A stretch of DNA of 63,869 nt, filler included, from Reticulomyxa filosa (taxonomy: Eukaryota; Protista; Foraminifera), in assembly GCA_000512085.1 (NCBI GenBank). It is 13 parts of 13 records of this genome, joined end to end, with 100 filler letters (N's around TTAATTAATTAA, not from the genome) between each part and the next. Parts side by side here need not be neighbours in the genome. Positions count along the whole stretch, not along the records: positions 22,567 to 40,001 come from ASPP01021972.1; 12 more parts are not named here. One strand, written 5' to 3'. Shown here piece by piece: positions 26,311-39,940 of this stretch (position 1 is the first letter of the stretch; the number at the start of each line of letters is the position of its first letter). The notes beneath the pieces are model-generated. The model was not told where the DNA came from. It saw only the letters and a program-made list of their open reading frames with translations, and did no database searches. The position numbers and the translations under genes are program-made.

Positions 26311-27839
26311 CCAAAAGAGGCAGAGGCAATGCTGGAGGCATTTGACCAGGACAGGTGACGATAGCTAAACTCCAATGTAATATGTCATTGATAGGGATAA
26401 TGATAATATCTTTTGCAAAAATATCGACTTGTTGCGTCCAGCGATGTAAGAAATTGTCGAGCTCAAAGGCCGAGGTGTTGATAGCGGTTTGCAATTTCTT
26501 GTAAAAAAACGTGTTGAAAATATGTGATCTTTCGCGCTGCACGTCGTCCAGCCATTCACAGTACATATACTTTAAATAAAAGTCAATCAGCGTATCATTC
26601 AAAAACGCATTGGGACGAAGCCGACCCATATCTTGAATGGTCACTCGAATGCTTGGATGGTCCAATGGATATCGTGCAAACTCACTGCCCGCTGTTAGGC
26701 CATTCTCGTTTTCATCGCCATTGGCATTGACATTGGTTTTTCCATTGACATTTTTATTTGCATTTGTATTTGCAGTTGCATTATGTTTTTCATGTCCACA
26801 GGGATGTGAATGTTCAGCTTTAAGTCGTCGTGTAGACAAGTTAGTGTTATCACAATCCGAATCGGACAACAGATCAATCGTCGTTTTCTTCTTTGTCCTC
26901 TTATTCCACTGTTGGCCTCTCCTGCTCGCTGGAGATGCAGAGTGACCCGATGTGGAATCAGATGCTGAAAACTCGCTGTCTCCCGACTGTGATATATTGC
27001 CTTTGACCAGTCCACTTCGATTATTATTATTATTATTATTATTGTCATTAGCCCCTTCACTGTCGTCCCCATTATCATCTTCATCCTCGTCGTCATACTC
27101 TTCATTTTCATCGTCGTCACCATCGTTCGCTCTTGCAAATGCTTCTTCGTCGTCATCGTCGACACCATCGTTCGCTCTTGCAAATGCTTCTTCATCGTCA
27201 TCGTCGACGCCCTCGTCTTCTTCTTCTTTTCTCCCATCGTGTGTATGCGTTTTGTAGCGATTCAAATTTTTCACTTCAAACTGAGGCAGATCATACTGAA
27301 AGAACATACTTTCGAGTGTTGGCAACAGCCCCACTTCATCATTTTTCAGCTCTGGTAATGATTGCAGATCTTCTTCCTCATAGCTCTTCTCCATTGTCGC
27401 ATCGTCAGCATCCATCAGTTCGTCCAATACTCGATTCCAAGGCTGAGGAACTAAGAACTCATATCCTTCACATATATCTGGATTGCACTCGCTCAATTCA
27501 TCAAATTTGGGATCCCATTGATTTCTTTTTTTTTTTTTTGTAAAAAAAAAAAGGGGTTGAAACCTCTTTACTCTCATAAGGGCAATAAGGAGGAGATTTA
27601 AAAAGATCCCCAATAAAGGAAATCCAAAAAAACTAATCAATTTGTTATCCTCACCCTCCATCCGTTGCTCGATGCAAGCATTTGTATTTAATTCTTTTTT
27701 GCATTTCTTCGATACGTTCAACTGTCTTTGGATTGCTACAAGCTATCTTTTCTTCTAACAATCGTCGCCGTTTTGTGGGGACAGAATCAGTATCACTTGA
27801 ATTCTTTCGTTTTTTGCTTGCTGTTAGGTTTGAAGACAT
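25396..27839 (-). CDS. Ulp1/C48-family SUMO protease (Ulp2/SENP6-7-like); 3' end uncertain
   Basis: Motifs LRPNAFLNDTLIDFYLKY, HIFNTFFYKKL, IIPINDILHWSL (His), ILHLDS (Asp, after a +1 shift at ~26124) and PQQKNHWDCGVFVL (Cys). NLS-like KKRK at the N-terminus. Intron at 27525-27654. Confidence 0.92.
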
Positions 27840-28120
27840 TATCCAGACTATTTTTTAAAAAAATACACAAGGAACCCGCCTCCAATCTTAACAAAAGTTC
27901 AAACTGATGTTTTGGAGATTGTGCCTTGTATGCGTATAAATAGCAAGTTTAAGTGTAGCGCTTTTATTATTACTCTAATCTTTAAGAAAATTGTTATTTT
28001 TTGGACGTTTATAGTTTAAAAAATATTTGCAGTGAAATATCTTACGTGAAAAGAAAGAGTACTGAAAAGTGAAATCTAATTACTCTTTTTCAGGAGGTAA
28101 AAAATAAATAAATAAATTAT

Positions 28121-29528
28121 TTAAAATGACTTAAAATGAATAAATTGTGCTCCTTTTTCAGAGTAGTTACTCTTTTCCATCCATTGCTCTCGAAATGTTG
28201 GCATATCAGCTAACACAGCAGCTCCAATCCACACACAATAGTTTCGATAACTCATACTAACTACTTTTACTTTGACAGATTTGAAAACAAGTTTTGACAA
28301 TTCATGAGAGAGTCGTTGCTGAAAACCGGAAAACATAGTGTTGCCCCCTGTCAACACTATATTATTAAAAAGTTCTCTGCGCATTGCCAATTCGCATTTC
28401 ATAATACTTTCATTCACTAAATCTTGGACAGGTGTTTGATCAATATTTAACAATTTTGGTTGAAACATTATTTCAGGTCCCTTGACTTGGACTGTTCCCA
28501 CGTCGATCTTCTGTGTTTTACAAGACGTGCAAAAGAAAATCTGCACATTTCTAAACTCATTGCTCAAACCAAAAAAAAATTTACATACATTTCCATCAGG
28601 CAATTCATACCATACAGCTTTATCTGCCTTTACTTCAATTTGTGATAATTCATGAAAATAATCAACATTCGCAACATGACACACGGACTCTTTCAACTGT
28701 CGTATAATTTCTTTATCTAAAGGACTAGTGAATTCATAGTTATGACTTTGTGATAGCAATTTTGCAATATAATCGGTGACATCACGTCCTCCAAGATCCA
28801 ATCGATGTATGCCCACTGGCTCTATACTTCCTTCATAAACTGGGACTGTGTGTGTGACACCTTCTCCTGATTCTAGTACTAAACCTGTCGTTCCTATTTC
28901 AGAATTAATGTTTAAATGTGCAAGGAACACCAGTCATTTTCGATTTTTCTTTTTTTTACAAAGTGCCTTGTAAGAACTTTCATGCTTGAAAAATAAAAAA
29001 GAGACATAGTAAGTTAAATAACTTCCAGAAGAATAAAGTCCTAAGATAGACTGTGACGCCATGCACAATGAACGGACGTCAAACTTTTCAAACATTACCT
29101 CTGCAGTTTTTTCTGCGTTATTGGTCGGATTTAAAGTAGGTTGGGTCAACATTACATCTTGTTTTGCAGATTGTACCCTTAGTTGGTCTCTAAACCCATG
29201 CTCCCACAATTTTTCCATGTCGTCCCTTTTAGTTTTGTTTTCCCGTTTTTTTTGGTCAGTTTTATGTTCGATGTTTATGTAAAAGTAAATATTAATGCAA
29301 ATACCAATTGATAACAATCCCATGTTCAATGGGATATCTCAGACTGACTGATGCTTTTTTCTTCACAGCGTTTGTGCCAAACACAACGTCACTTTCGTTG
29401 TTCAGAAAAAAGTTTCCACATCTCGGACGGCCCAACACTGACAGAAATGTACACAAAGGTTCGGTATTATCACTAAATCCAGCTTTCGTAGTATAAGTAC
29501 CACTGTCAATGACAACAGCAGGATCCAT
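28121..29528 (-). CDS. Divergent actin / actin-related protein
   Basis: Motifs [59 protein letters not shown] and NIVLTGGNTMF. Three GT-AG introns. Confidence 0.93.
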
Positions 29529-29774
29529 ATCAAATTTTACTTTTCAAAAGAAACTTGAATAAAATGTTGTGATGTCAAATAGTCGGAAGTTATTCTTTTA
29601 TCGGAAACAAATAAGAATAAATTTTGAACACCTGCTCCCAAGTTATGAGTTTATTGGCGAGTTGTGTCTTGGGAAGAAGGAAAAAAAAAAGATGACAAGT
29701 GACAAGTCTCTTGCCACCTCGTATCATCCACAATCACTTACGATCCCCCCCTTTTTTTTTTTACAAAAAAAAAA

Positions 29775-32700
29775 TTAATTTGGCTCGAAAAACTGATCCA
29801 ACATTGCTTCTAATTGCTTTGGAGGATAAATGAAATATTTAGACTTGTTGTTAGTAAAGTCAACATTTTCATATCGTCTCCACATTTCAGTATAACGAAC
29901 TCCAAAGTATTTTTTGTTTCGTTCTTGCAAATCGGCTCGTAGGCTAGAATCAGGGACACTATACTTGGTCTGTAACGAGTGCTGTGCAACAAATTCATCG
30001 TTGAAACTTTTGAATTTCTTTTTCACGGCATCTCTTTCACCTCGTTTCAAATTTGTTGTTTTTTTGGACAATTGATCCTAATTTGTGCATTTTCCATTCA
30101 TTGCCACAGACCAAAATTAATCAAGACATTCGAGTCATATAGAACAACAAAAAAAATTATTGCAAATGCATATATATGTAACATAAACGTAACATGTTCA
30201 TCCAAGCATGAATCAATTTTTCCCCAAGACTCCTTCAAATACTTTTTCTTCAAGTCAGCGATATCTTTGCGTAAACTGTCCATTTCAGTTTTGCCACAAG
30301 CTTCTTCCAAGGGCGTATCACCAATGCACTTAACAATATAATGATAGTTATTCATTAAAAATACTAGGCGAAGTACTTTTGAGTTTCCATATTGCTTCGA
30401 TTTTTCTTGTAAATTGCCTTGTAAAGCTTTCATGATCTCAGAGAGTACCTTTTTTTGTTTTGGGATTAAGACTCAAATATTTACAAATGTGTGCAAAGTA
30501 TAGAATGAAGAAGAAGAAAAGGGACCTGTTGAGTACCGGAGACGTTATTGGGTAGTTTGGCTGTAAGTAAAGCCTTTAATGCGGGTACTTCATATTTGTA
30601 CAGTGGCCCCTCCAAATAGGCTGCGTCGCTGTCATCATGTCGTTCGAGTTCATTGTTAAAGTTTTGATACAACTCTTCCACCGTGTTTCGAAACGCATAA
30701 ACATTTGTAATCAATTCCACAGTCTCAATGGTTAAAGGATGATAGCCTCCGTCAGGACGTGGTTTGTTTTCTCGATGGTCTGCTATTTTTTGAATGCGCG
30801 CATCAATTGTCCTGTTTGCGTACAATCCCACAAATCACATTTATTTATGTAATTTATGTATGTGTTATTGGAAAAAAAAAAAACTTGAGTGTGTCCATGT
30901 CAATACGTTTTCGTAATTGTCGGACATAAACCATTGGTGGGATTCGTCGATTGGTTTTCTTTTTCTTTGAATTGTTTTCATTTAAGAGCTCGTCCAACTC
31001 TTCCCATTTTTTGCCGTTTGTATTGAACGCCTCTTCAAATGCAGGTGTAAGCAAATGCCAGGTTCGCACCAAATCTAATTTTATCAGCACCACGTTGGTG
31101 GCAGTCATGTTGCCCGAGTTGTTTGCGATATTTGCGCACACGGTGACAATGGCATCGAATTGACTGGATCCAGTTGGTTTGACATTGTAACCTATTTAAA
31201 AAAAAAAGCAATATGTAATATGCAATATGCAATATGTAAATCCGACTCAACGCAAGATGGTAGGCCTGGTAAAGCTTAGCGTGTCTTCCATTTTCAATAC
31301 TTGATCAATTCGCATGGCAATATGTTGCAAGGACGGTTCACAGATGGCAGACAACAATAGACCGACGGCGGATTTGTTATTGCTTTTTCGCAAGACCTTT
31401 TCACACAAATGGCGTTCCATTTGCATAAACATCAAACCCAGCACGACAAAAGGGATGACAGGATGATGCAATATTTCAACGGACAGTTGCAAACGTTCCA
31501 ACCCAGTGTTCAACTTTGCGTTCAATGCCATCGTGCCTTCCATGCTGAAGTAGTTGCCCATTACGCCATCGTCTTCTTTGCTTAGGATTTCGTGTCGTCA
31601 TCGTCATCGCTGGTTTTTTTTTCCACTTTTTTTATTTGTGTAATTGTGTACATTGCATTAAACATTCATACATATACATATATATGCATATATACATATA
31701 TATGCATATATATGTATATAAAGTAATGTATTAACCTTTAATGTCTTTTTTCAATTGTGATTGCAAATTTGCCATTGTTAAAGCGCGCTCCGTGTCTTTG
31801 TTGTCCTGCGATTTGGCAGCGAGTTCCTGTTCTTTTTTTTTCTGCTCTTCGGCAATGTGCAATCGCCGCTGTGCCATAAAGTACTGAATGCACATGATCA
31901 CTTCGTTGGCCAGACCGGTGGTGGGGGACAAGAGAGTGGATAAGAGATCTTGTCGACTTTCCACCAACAGGGAATATATGGAATTTTCTAACAACGGCTT
32001 GAAACAGTCACATGTGTCTTCAATGGAATAGGTCAAATTGCTAAGTAGCTTGATCATTGACCAAGGCATATAAATGGGGAAGTCTCTCGGAATTGCAGTG
32101 ATAGGACGCTCTTCAAACACAGGGTGTTTGGGTAAAAACGGATTGATTAATTCCAATTGCTGCTTTCGGACATTTCCCGTTACTTGATAAGACCACAAAG
32201 GTGTGCGGAGGTCTCGGTTATACCAATCCAATGGCATATTCAATTCGATTATTTTTTCGATTGATCGAACGCTCTGTGATCTTTTTTTAATTACATTCAC
32301 ATTTCAATTTTTTTTTTTTTTTTTTTTAATTTCAATCCCCCTTTTTTTTATTTGTACCTTTGTTGTTCCAATAAATCCTTAAAATATTGTGTCATTTTGT
32401 CTAAAGCCACTTGGGCAATTTCTTCCAAAGATTGCATCGTCTGTTGCGAAGAACGGAATTGAGTGCGTGACAAATAATGTCGTGCGTCATTAATTTGCAA
32501 CACCCAATCCAAAAATTGATCGTCTTTCATATCCAAGTCCGTGTCTTCATAGTCTTCGTCGTCTTCTAATTCTTCTTTTTTTTCTTTCTCCTTTTCTTTA
32601 TCTTTGTCTTTTTCTTTGTCTTTGTCCTTTCCTTTTTCTTCTTCCGTTTCTGTCTCGTTTTCTGTTTCGTTGCCTGTCTCTGTTCCTGCTTCTGCTTCCG

Positions 32701-33597
32701 CTTCTGTCTCTGCTTCGGCTTCTATTTCTTTTTGTCCATCTTTCATATTTTCATCTTCTTCTTCTTTTGTTTCGGAAGAGGCCTCCTTTTTTTTTTTTTG
32801 AAGTTTCTTTTTGAACTTTTTTTTTTAAAGGGACCCTCCCTTTTGTTTGGCTTATGTGAAGATTGCGCATGGAGTATCCAAAACTTTTTGTGTGGATTTT
32901 TTGGATTTCTTTTGATTGCTAAATTGCAATCTCCTTTGTTGCACTTTTTCCATTGGCTCGGTGGCCACTTTATTGTATTTCACGACTTTGTTTAGCTCTT
33001 CGATAGCTTTTTTTATGTTGTTCTCTGCCAATGCGACATCCTTTGTCGCTTTTTGTAACGGACGCAATGTTGTTTGTAATGTCTTCAATCTCAGTTCCAA
33101 TCCATCCAATACTGTATTCACATGTTCTGTTAATTTGCCGCATTGCTTTAAGGATTGGTCAAAACGATCTAATTCTTTTTTTTTTTAAAAATATCAAATT
33201 CAAAAAGATGGAGGGGTGAGAACAAATAAAACAAACAAACTTCTTTCTCACGAAGTAAAAGGGTTTTTGGATCTAATGATTCATTTTCACTATTTTTCGA
33301 ATCAAATGTTCCAAGGTTGCTAAATGGAAATGGACTTGAAAAATGTGCCACACTACTTGCTGCTTCTTGACCATAGTTATTCAAGGATGACGAAAACGTA
33401 TTTAGGCCTTCTGTCGTCTCTGGCTTCGATTCGGCCGAGTAATCATAAAACTCGGCATATGCTTGTTTGCTTCGATGGCGGCGTCGATGAATCAAGCTCA
33501 AGTCAAACATTATTTTATCTTGATCCAATTCATTGTCGATATTTCTATCTCCTCTATCATCTGAAAATGTATTTACTCGTTTCTCAGAAATAGACAT
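29775..33597 (-). CDS. EXO70: Exocyst subunit Exo70
   Basis: N-terminal coiled coil (LELRLKTLQTTLRPL). Motifs PDGGYHPLT, LVFLMNNYHYI and ERDAVKKKFKSFNDEF...YSVPDSSLRADL...KYFIYPPKQLEAMLDQFF. Multiple introns. Confidence 0.92.
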
Positions 33598-33840
33598 TGC
33601 TTTGCTTAATCAATATGATACAAAAAAAATAAAAAATTTTCCAGATTGGCCCTTGACAGATTGAAAAGACTGCTTTGGAAGAAAAAAAAAAACCCCATGA
33701 TCTGTTCTGTGCTGAGAGGAGAAAAAGGGTGAAGAGCAGATAAAACAATAACGATAAAAAATCTGTTTGCTTGCTTTGTTTGAAATTTACAAAAATAATA
33801 TAGCAATTGTGTTTCGAAACAACTATTATAAAATGTTTTT

Positions 33841-36800
33841 TTAAAGTAAATTATTGACTCTAAAACCGTGTGACTGAAGTTTTTCTTTTTCCTTCGGTTG
33901 CTTATAGCCTTGGCCTCTGCCAACAATAGTATAGGCAACCTCATCTTTCTCAAAGGCGGACTTCAAATATTTGTGAACAGCATCTTGCATGCTTTTCTTG
34001 GTGACGTGCAGCAAGCGATTTCTGTGCTCTTGTCGAATTGGTTCGTTAATGCCCTGAAGCAATTCTTGAAAGCCAGTTTCGAAAGGAGATTTGGGAGCAT
34101 CCAAAGATCCAAATATTTCCAATAAGGCCCCATCGATGGAGGCATCGGTGATACGATCACTCAAAAGCCAGTCAATGCCATGTTTGAAAGTGTGAATGGT
34201 ATCGATGCAATCCGAGTCTTGGTTGGTGAACATGACGAATAAATTTTTGTTTTGCATCGATCCACAATTTTGTGCTTTTCCCTTTTCGCGAATCTGTTTG
34301 CGGAAGAAGTCGGAGCTTAAGAGTTTGCTGGCGACACGTAAGTCCGCGCAGTGTTCATGAGTGAAGGGAACAGTGGGGATCACCGCCGCACAAAAGTCGC
34401 TTGAAGAAGGCACAGCAAAGTAATGGCGTATCTCACGTCCAGGACTCGTTCCCTTTGACTCAGCAGAAGCGGACGAGAGAGGTGGAGTGGGCGGACCACC
34501 AACAAATTTTCGACTTTTCATAATCACACGTAAGTTGTGACATGTGTCGTGATTGACTCCAAACAAGTGCTGATTCTTGTCGTCGAGCATTGAGGATTTA
34601 TCAAAATGACCCAACGGGAGAAATGGATTGACAAACTTGTCTGTCATCTCTGAAAGAGGGATAGAAAACAAATGCTTGTCCGCGACCAATAAAGACCGAA
34701 TGGGGCCTTGCTTTCGAAACAATTGATGGGCAATTTTCTCAAATGAGTGAATCAATTCTTTGGTCACAGCATGTCGTTGGGATTGTAATGCACGTAGCAA
34801 TAATCCTTGGAACTTTAAGGCGGATATGCCCTCCAACATGTCATCCACAAAGAAGCTGGGACACGTATCGGCGAACATACTTGCAGCATGCTTGGTCGCA
34901 TAGTTTTCTCCGTAATTAAGCAGCACTTTGAAATCTACGTACATCTTTTGTTCCAAAAACGTGTTGATGCGCTCAAAGAATTCAAATTTGGGATGCACGC
35001 ATATTTCCTCCATCAATTGCAACATGTCATCCACATTCGACTTTAAACAAAACGAGCTCATTTCCAAAAAATACGACAGATTGTTTTGCTTTGTTTGCTC
35101 GGCCATAGCACTAAACATGCTGGTGTTCGCGGGAGTCAAACTGTGAATAGTCGCTTTAATTCCACCCGTTTTGCGATTGATCGCTTGTGCCAATTGCTCG
35201 GGAGTCTTGTCCGCGGCACCCACGTGGGTCAGACACTTTGCAAAAATTGACAACAGCAAGTGAAAGTCGTTTTGTGCAATGTTGATCGACTCGCTACTAT
35301 TCGAGGCTTCGAACAATGGAGCCAAGTCGTATAAGACGCGATAATAGACCAAGTCGTTGGTCATGGCTTGCGTGGACAGCAACGGACAATGGAGCGTCTG
35401 CGTTTCGTTTGTCTTTTCATTTTTGAGTTCAAACGTGTGCACATGCATATCCATGCGACAGGGGTCGACAGAGGAAAGAGGAATGTCCGTTCTTTGCAAT
35501 GTCGGCAACAGATCCACATTGGGCTTTTTGGTTTGATAGTCGTGTAATGCCTTGGTTTGTGTCAATATAAACGCTTTGTTTTGTTCACTCAAATTCTTGG
35601 CAAGGGCACTTAGCTCTTCCTCTTCTTGCGTTTGTTTCGTTTGGAGATATTTGCTGTCAGGTTGCAGTATCACACAAACGCGGTTGTGAATATTGTCTAT
35701 AGTTTGTGTTGTGTCAACACACTCGGGGACTAATGTAAATATATACATTTATATATGCATGTATAAATGTATATATGTATATAACTATTAAGTAAATATT
35801 TTGAAATCAAATTTTCAAAATATCTTGGCTCAGTCGGATGTTCGCCCGAAACTTTGGCACGAATCTTGTCCAAAATCTTGTCAATTTGTAGGGAAGCGAC
35901 GGGCAAAGTATTTGCATCCAAGCGATCCCAATGAGTGATGAGAGAGATCATTCGATAGAACAGGTTGAGTCCGAATATTCCATTTCTTGTTTTTTGATCG
36001 ATTTCGAATTGATGCAACACTTCTTCGAGTCTCTCTTGTTTGAATCCTTGTTGGACTACTTTTTGCAGTGTGTCTTCGATAAAGTGTTCCAACGTCTTAG
36101 TGTCGTTGGGCGAGACGGAAGTGAGGCCAATGCAAAACGAGCCTTGCACGGCGTCCATGAAATAGCCTGTCGCCGTCGTGTACGAATGCGTCATGCCTGA
36201 CTTGGCCAAGGCCTGACGAAAGGGCGCATTGTCTCCGAACAGCAACAAATGGGACAGAATGGTGAGGCCGAAGGTGTCATCGACTTCATGGATGGGATTA
36301 CAAAGCCAGGCAACTGCCATTTGATTTTGTCGCGCTTCGTCCACGACAATGGTTTCCGGGGGTCCGATCACAGTGACATTTTTGGTATGACTGTAATGGG
36401 GTTGCAATGGGATTGGAGGAGATTGTTGTTGTGCATTTGCATCCTCTTTGGACAGACAGGAGGAAGATAAGGTTGGGAATGAACAAGGCTGAAAACGAGA
36501 CAATAGCAACTCGTCCAATCTTGCAAGCACGGAGGTAGATCGCCATAGGAATAGAACACGGCATTGCTTGGATGGTAATATTTTTGATGGAACGCTTCAA
36601 TTGTCCATTGGTCAACTTGGCAATAATCTGCGGGTCTCCGGCGTAATTGAATCGATACACGGTGTCCGAAAACAGATTCTTTTGCAATTCCAACGCAAGT
36701 ATTTCCGAAGGGTCGCTCAATGTCGTTTTCATTTTTTCATACACCAATCCCTTTCTTTGCAATCGTCCATTTTGGACGTCTCCGTTTTCAAACTCCAAAC

Positions 36801-37598
36801 GGTGTCCCTCTTGCATAAAGTCCATTTCTTTCAACTCAGGGAAAAATATACTGTCCAAATACACATTCAACAAGTTATGATAGTCTTGCTCATTTTGCGT
36901 CGCAAATGGAAAGCACGTGCGATCTGCGCTCGTCGAGGCGTTCATCAACGTGTTCAATGATCGTTTCAACATATGCACAAACGGACTTTTCACTGGATAT
37001 TTCTCGCTTCCGCACAGCGTCATATGTTCCAGCACATGTGTCACACCGCTATTGTCTTCCGGAATCGTACGCAATGCCACTGCAAAGACATTGTTCGTAT
37101 CACTTGTGTCCAAATGGATATACCTCGTTCCAAGTCTTTCGTGACGAAACTTTCGTACAGTACACACATATCTTTGGAATGTGTGTGTACTCATATTATT
37201 TATATTACAAACATCGAGAAAGAAAAAATTACATTTTTTTGAAATGTCCGGAAATTTTTTGTCTCAATGCAAAAAAAAATACCTGATATGCAGTGGCTTC
37301 GTAAATAGGTAATGATGTTATAGACTCAATCACAAATCCTCCATCTGTCTTTTCTCCCAATTGATACTGTGATGACAGTTGCTTTCGATTTGCGCCACAG
37401 GGGCTGGCCTTTGTTACGACTGGTACAGGTCCTTATCTCATTCCTCTTTTTTGCCACTTCTTGCTGCAGTGAACACAAGGTACGCAATCCAAATGATGAA
37501 CAGGGATCTATTGGATTTCGATGAATTGATAGAAAAGCACTCCTTCCTGGGACACGTGGATAAATTCTATCCAAAGATAGATGTCTTGACAACCACAT
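33841..37598 (-). CDS. M16C metallopeptidase, presequence protease (PreP/Cym1)-like, with a mitochondrial-type presequence; divergent and frameshifted
   Basis: Motifs NSGVTHVLEHMTLCGSEKYPV, MLKRSLNT.MNA, FMQEGHRLE, FHQKYYHPSN, LLFGDNAPF and QIREKG. R/S/L-rich N-terminus. Confidence 0.9.
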
Positions 37599-38199
37599 AA
37601 TGGGGTTGGTTGAACGAAAGAGGGAAAAAAGAAAATTTTTGTCTTCCCAACGTGTTTTTCAATATCAACATATTCAATATTATTACATATTTATTTGCTT
37701 TGCTTCATTATTTTTTTTAACTATGTTTTTTTTTCAATTTTTCAATTAGTTAATTATTCGATGTTTTGATTGTGTTAGATTTTTATTTTAACTTGTGTTA
37801 ACTAAACAAATTTAATTTACAATATCAAATAATACTTTCATCTTATTCAATATCTTTAAAGTTTTGTAACAATATATTCACGTCCAAATAATTTATGCTT
37901 ACAGTCAAACAAAAGGAACTCCGAAGTCATTGACTGATAGATCAATACCTTTTCTGAATAAAGAGAGCAAGGGTTGAAGATCACTATTTAGTCTTTGTTA
38001 TGTTTAATTTAGAAACTTGATATCCAAAAACAATTATAATGCAAACAAAACGTATCATTACAAAAAATAAATAAGAATTATCAAGTAATAATATCATAAC
38101 AAAGACAAGATATAACCTGCAAGCACGTACAAGAATGTCAATAGCAGAAGTTACTTGAATTTTGATGTGGTCACAATTTGAGTAAATTTTCTATTAAAA

Positions 38200-39110
38200 T
38201 AGCAGTGTGGACAATGTGATGTAGACCACAGATCACAAAAAAGCGTCGATAGTATAATTGTATTTCTGTATTGGAAAACGCATATTCGATTTTACAAAAC
38301 AACGTGAAAAAATAACATTAAATACGAATATAATCAAAGTTAAATAAACATTCACAAATCTTGGAAGTGGATGTGCATGATTTGTCATTCACTCCACAAT
38401 TTCTGGAGTTAGAATATTCAATCAAGTGCATTAAAACAAACATAGCATTGAAGCAATGAGACTTGACTTGAACAATGTTTCTTATTAATCTTCAAGTTAT
38501 TGATCTTTTAATCTTGTACATTAAAGAATTCAATCAAACTTTACATGTAACGATTCGGCACACAAATATCAAACGCACAATATCATTAATTTACAAAAAT
38601 AACAATTGTAATAACGATAATCAATCATTGTGGTACACCAACTTCAAATTTTCTTTCGATTGAGTTGACAGTCATTCGTAATAACAATTCGGATGTGTTG
38701 TGCCAAGACTGGAATCTCGACTGGTTTTGGAATTGAACAATGTCCTCCATTTTTCACAGTCTTGGGACACCAAGGATACGAATGGATGTCAATTCATCAC
38801 AATGACAATATACTGCAGAGCTACTTATTCTTGTCAATTGCAAGTTCAAATAAAACCTCCGACCAAAGCATTCATGAGATGATCCTTTCAATCAATTTAC
38901 TAACACTTGATAGCAATGCGATCGGCATATTGTTCTTGCACTGACTGTGAGTTATGTCAGGTTTATGCATTCTTCCATGCAATTTCATTCGGAAACTCCA
39001 TCTAAATAAAAATATTCAATCATTGCATTGCCATCATCCTTTAACATTTGATTATGAATATTATCGGGGCGTTGAGCCTTGTATGGAGACAAATGTCTAA
39101 TATTTTTTTA
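38200..39110 (-). mobile_element. Degenerate LINE fragment (pre-RT/RT region and upstream)
   Basis: aaggctcaa..gcc..gataatattca.aatcaaatg at ~39040-39080 matches the 615-660 copy. Confidence 0.65.
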
Positions 39111-39714
39111 GCGGAAAGAATGTAATTGATGAAAGGAAAATATTGTAAAACAAACAACTAACTAAAATTTGAATACAAAAGTACAAACAGATGATATTCA
39201 CTTTGGGACCACGTTCACGTCAGATGATTTGAAAGTTAAATATCAATCTAATTAAGACTGATAAATTCAACACTATCAGTTACCACTTACAAATTTAAAC
39301 AAGGCAATTGCACTCAAAAATAAAGCAAAACAAACACAAAATTTGTTGAAGCATTTTTGTGGCCTTTTCTTTGTTATAGGGCCTTTAGTGGCCTTTTCTT
39401 GATCGGGGTCTGCGGCTCCTCGCAAGTTGTTGGCGCGAGTGCTTTCCGCTCTTCTAAATGAAATGCCTGGTCGCGATAAGGAGATGTATTTTGGCATTCT
39501 TGACAATCCCTTTCGCTAGGCTAGCCAATAACGATAAAGGGGGATATATGTATATATTTTGGGGAGCTTCTTCGGTTCATCTAGTGTTGTGTGTTGTATG
39601 AGTGTTCGACGCTTTCGGGAAATTAGCAATCTCGAAGCAAATACCAGTTTTTTGTATTTGGTAGAACTCCGAGAGTTGAAAGATATTAATATTAAATACA
39701 AGAAGTTAAACGAT

Positions 39715-39940
39715 CACATAAGATACCAATTGTCAAGGTACTTCTATCCAAGACTGAAGATGTTGTCAAGATATTGAAAGACAATGATATTCAGATTGGA
39801 ACCATTCGACAAAAGCAAATCAAGGCCAAAATCGCATTTCAAACAATGCAGGAAATGCTACAGATTGAACCATATTGTTCGTGAATGCCCAAAAAAGAGC
39901 AAAGTATGTAAATATTACGGATTGGCAAATCACGAAGCAC
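39715..39940 (+). mobile_element. LINE ORF1 gag-like zinc-knuckle fragment
   Basis: SHFKQCRKCYRLNHIVREC (CX2CX4HX4C) followed by a degenerate second knuckle. Confidence 0.8.
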
